A stretch of DNA of 64,000 nt from IMG/VR virus record IMGVR_UViG_3300050336_000035, positions 32,001 to 96,000 of that record. The stretch is one strand, 5' to 3'. A program made the translations under genes and the position numbers. Under the pieces are notes generated by a model, which was not told where the DNA came from, made no database searches, and worked only from the letters and a program-made list of their open reading frames with translations. Shown here piece after piece: positions 62,952 to 64,000 of the stretch. The first letter of the stretch is position 1. Each line of letters begins with the position of its first letter. This DNA is from a virus (lineage: Duplodnaviria > Caudoviricetes).

Positions 62952-64000
62952 GTGCTTGCTGATGAATTATTAGAATATATATATCAAAACGATAAAGTAG
63001 TTTTTATTTTAGAATTAGTTGGATGTCATCATATATCTTCTCACTCTTTAAAAGAATATAGATGTGGATTGCCAAATCATAGTAATAAAACAACTGTGGC
63101 TATAAAAAAATCAGAAACACTAAAAACAAAAATATATTCTGAAGAAGAAATAATTCGAGGGAACTTATTTACATTGATAATGTATATTAATAAATGCAAT
63201 TTTTCAGAAGCAAGCAAGTTTCTTCATAGTCATTTAAATTTAGAATATACAAAATATAATAAACAAGAAATAGCAAAAAAAGAAAATCCACTAGATATAT
63301 TTTTAAAGGTTAAACCAAAGAAAAAGTATACAGTAGATGTACAAGATATTAAATTTATTGACCAAGAATTTATATCTGATTATACACCTAATTTACATAT
63401 ATCATGGATTAAAGAAGGTATTATAAAAAGAACTGCAAGAAGATTTAATATTGGTTATGATTATAACTCTAAAAGAATAATCATACCTCATAGATATTGG
63501 TGTGGAGAAGAAAATGAATATATTGGTATAATAGGCAGAACTACATTAACTTCTCAGCAATGCGAAATTCTTGATATACCTAAATATTACCCTTTAAAGG
63601 CTTATCCTAAAAGTATTAATTTATATGGTTTAAATGAAAATTATAAATCAATTCAAGAAAAAGGTTATACAGTTGTATTTGAAGCTGAAAAATCAACACT
63701 TAAACGTCATAGTAGATTAGATGAAACTGGTGTTTCAATTTGTTCTCATGATTTAAGTGATGAACAAGTAAAAATATTAATTAGTTTAGATGTAGAAATA
63801 ATTATAGCTTATGACCAAGATGTTTCATTATATCACATAAGAAGTCAATGTGAAAAGTTTTATGGTATTAGACAAGTTTCATATTTATATGACAAGTGGG
63901 ATTTGCTTGAAGAGAAAGAGTCTCCAGCAGATAAACCCAATAAAATTTATAATTTTTTACTTAAACACAAAGTCGAATATAATAACAAAGAACATGAACT
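62952..64000 (+). CDS. DNA primase (TOPRIM), truncated by the window end
   Basis: GTG start after AAGGTGA; IIIPH...GRT, NLYGL, VFEAEKS, IIAYDQD. Confidence 0.85.
   Translation, partial: MLADELLEYIYQNDKVVFILELVGCHHISSHSLKEYRCGLPNHSNKTTVAIKKSETLKTKIYSEEEIIRGNLFTLIMYINKCNFSEASKFLHSHLNLEYTKYNKQEIAKKENPLDIFLKVKPKKKYTVDVQDIKFIDQEFISDYTPNLHISWIKEGIIKRTARRFNIGYDYNSKRIIIPHRYWCGEENEYIGIIGRTTLTSQQCEILDIPKYYPLKAYPKSINLYGLNENYKSIQEKGYTVVFEAEKSTLKRHSRLDETGVSICSHDLSDEQVKILISLDVEIIIAYDQDVSLYHIRSQCEKFYGIRQVSYLYDKWDLLEEKESPADKPNKIYNFLLKHKVEYNNKEHE

Larger units (their letters stand above)
1..64000 (+). mobile_element. Segment of a large SPbeta-like temperate phage/prophage of a low-GC Firmicute
   Basis: Dense co-oriented small ORFs with Firmicute SD sites; YopQ/YopR/YopS-like regulatory triad; phage-type ligase, helicase and primase; tRNA cluster; no host housekeeping operons. 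Confidence 0.85.

Overview
Very AT-rich 64-kb segment of a large temperate phage or prophage of a low-GC Firmicute, probably Clostridia, with an SPbeta-like layout. Almost all genes are on the + strand. Two long arrays of small accessory genes (1-24 kb and 32.6-58.4 kb) surround a regulatory core (24.6-32.5 kb). The window ends in a replication operon (SSB-like protein, AAA ATPase, DnaB helicase, partial primase). Main observations: (1) About 60 copies of an 18-bp dyad, ATRAAA-N6-TTTYAT and variants, sit at accessory-gene boundaries. I did not find them in the regulatory core or the replication operon, and they look like recombinase-type cassette junctions. (2) Two paralogous transposase-free modules (HTH, Zn-ribbon protein, intact TnpB/Cas12f-like nuclease) are each bracketed by two outward-facing, covarying omegaRNA-like scaffolds that end inside those dyad sites. 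A third TnpB and a TnpB remnant are also dyad-bounded. (3) An Agr-type peptide signalling cassette (kinase-less AgrC-like protein, AgrD, MazF fusion, AgrB) and an SOS-boxed gene lie just upstream of YopQ/YopR(MrpR)/YopS-like genes, where SPbeta phages carry arbitrium. (4) An RNA operon contains tRNA-Gln, an atypical tRNA, a permuted Y-RNA-like tRNA mimic and an expanded tRNA-Leu-like RNA. (5) A type II hammerhead ribozyme is present. All family assignments come from motif recognition by eye; no database searches were run.
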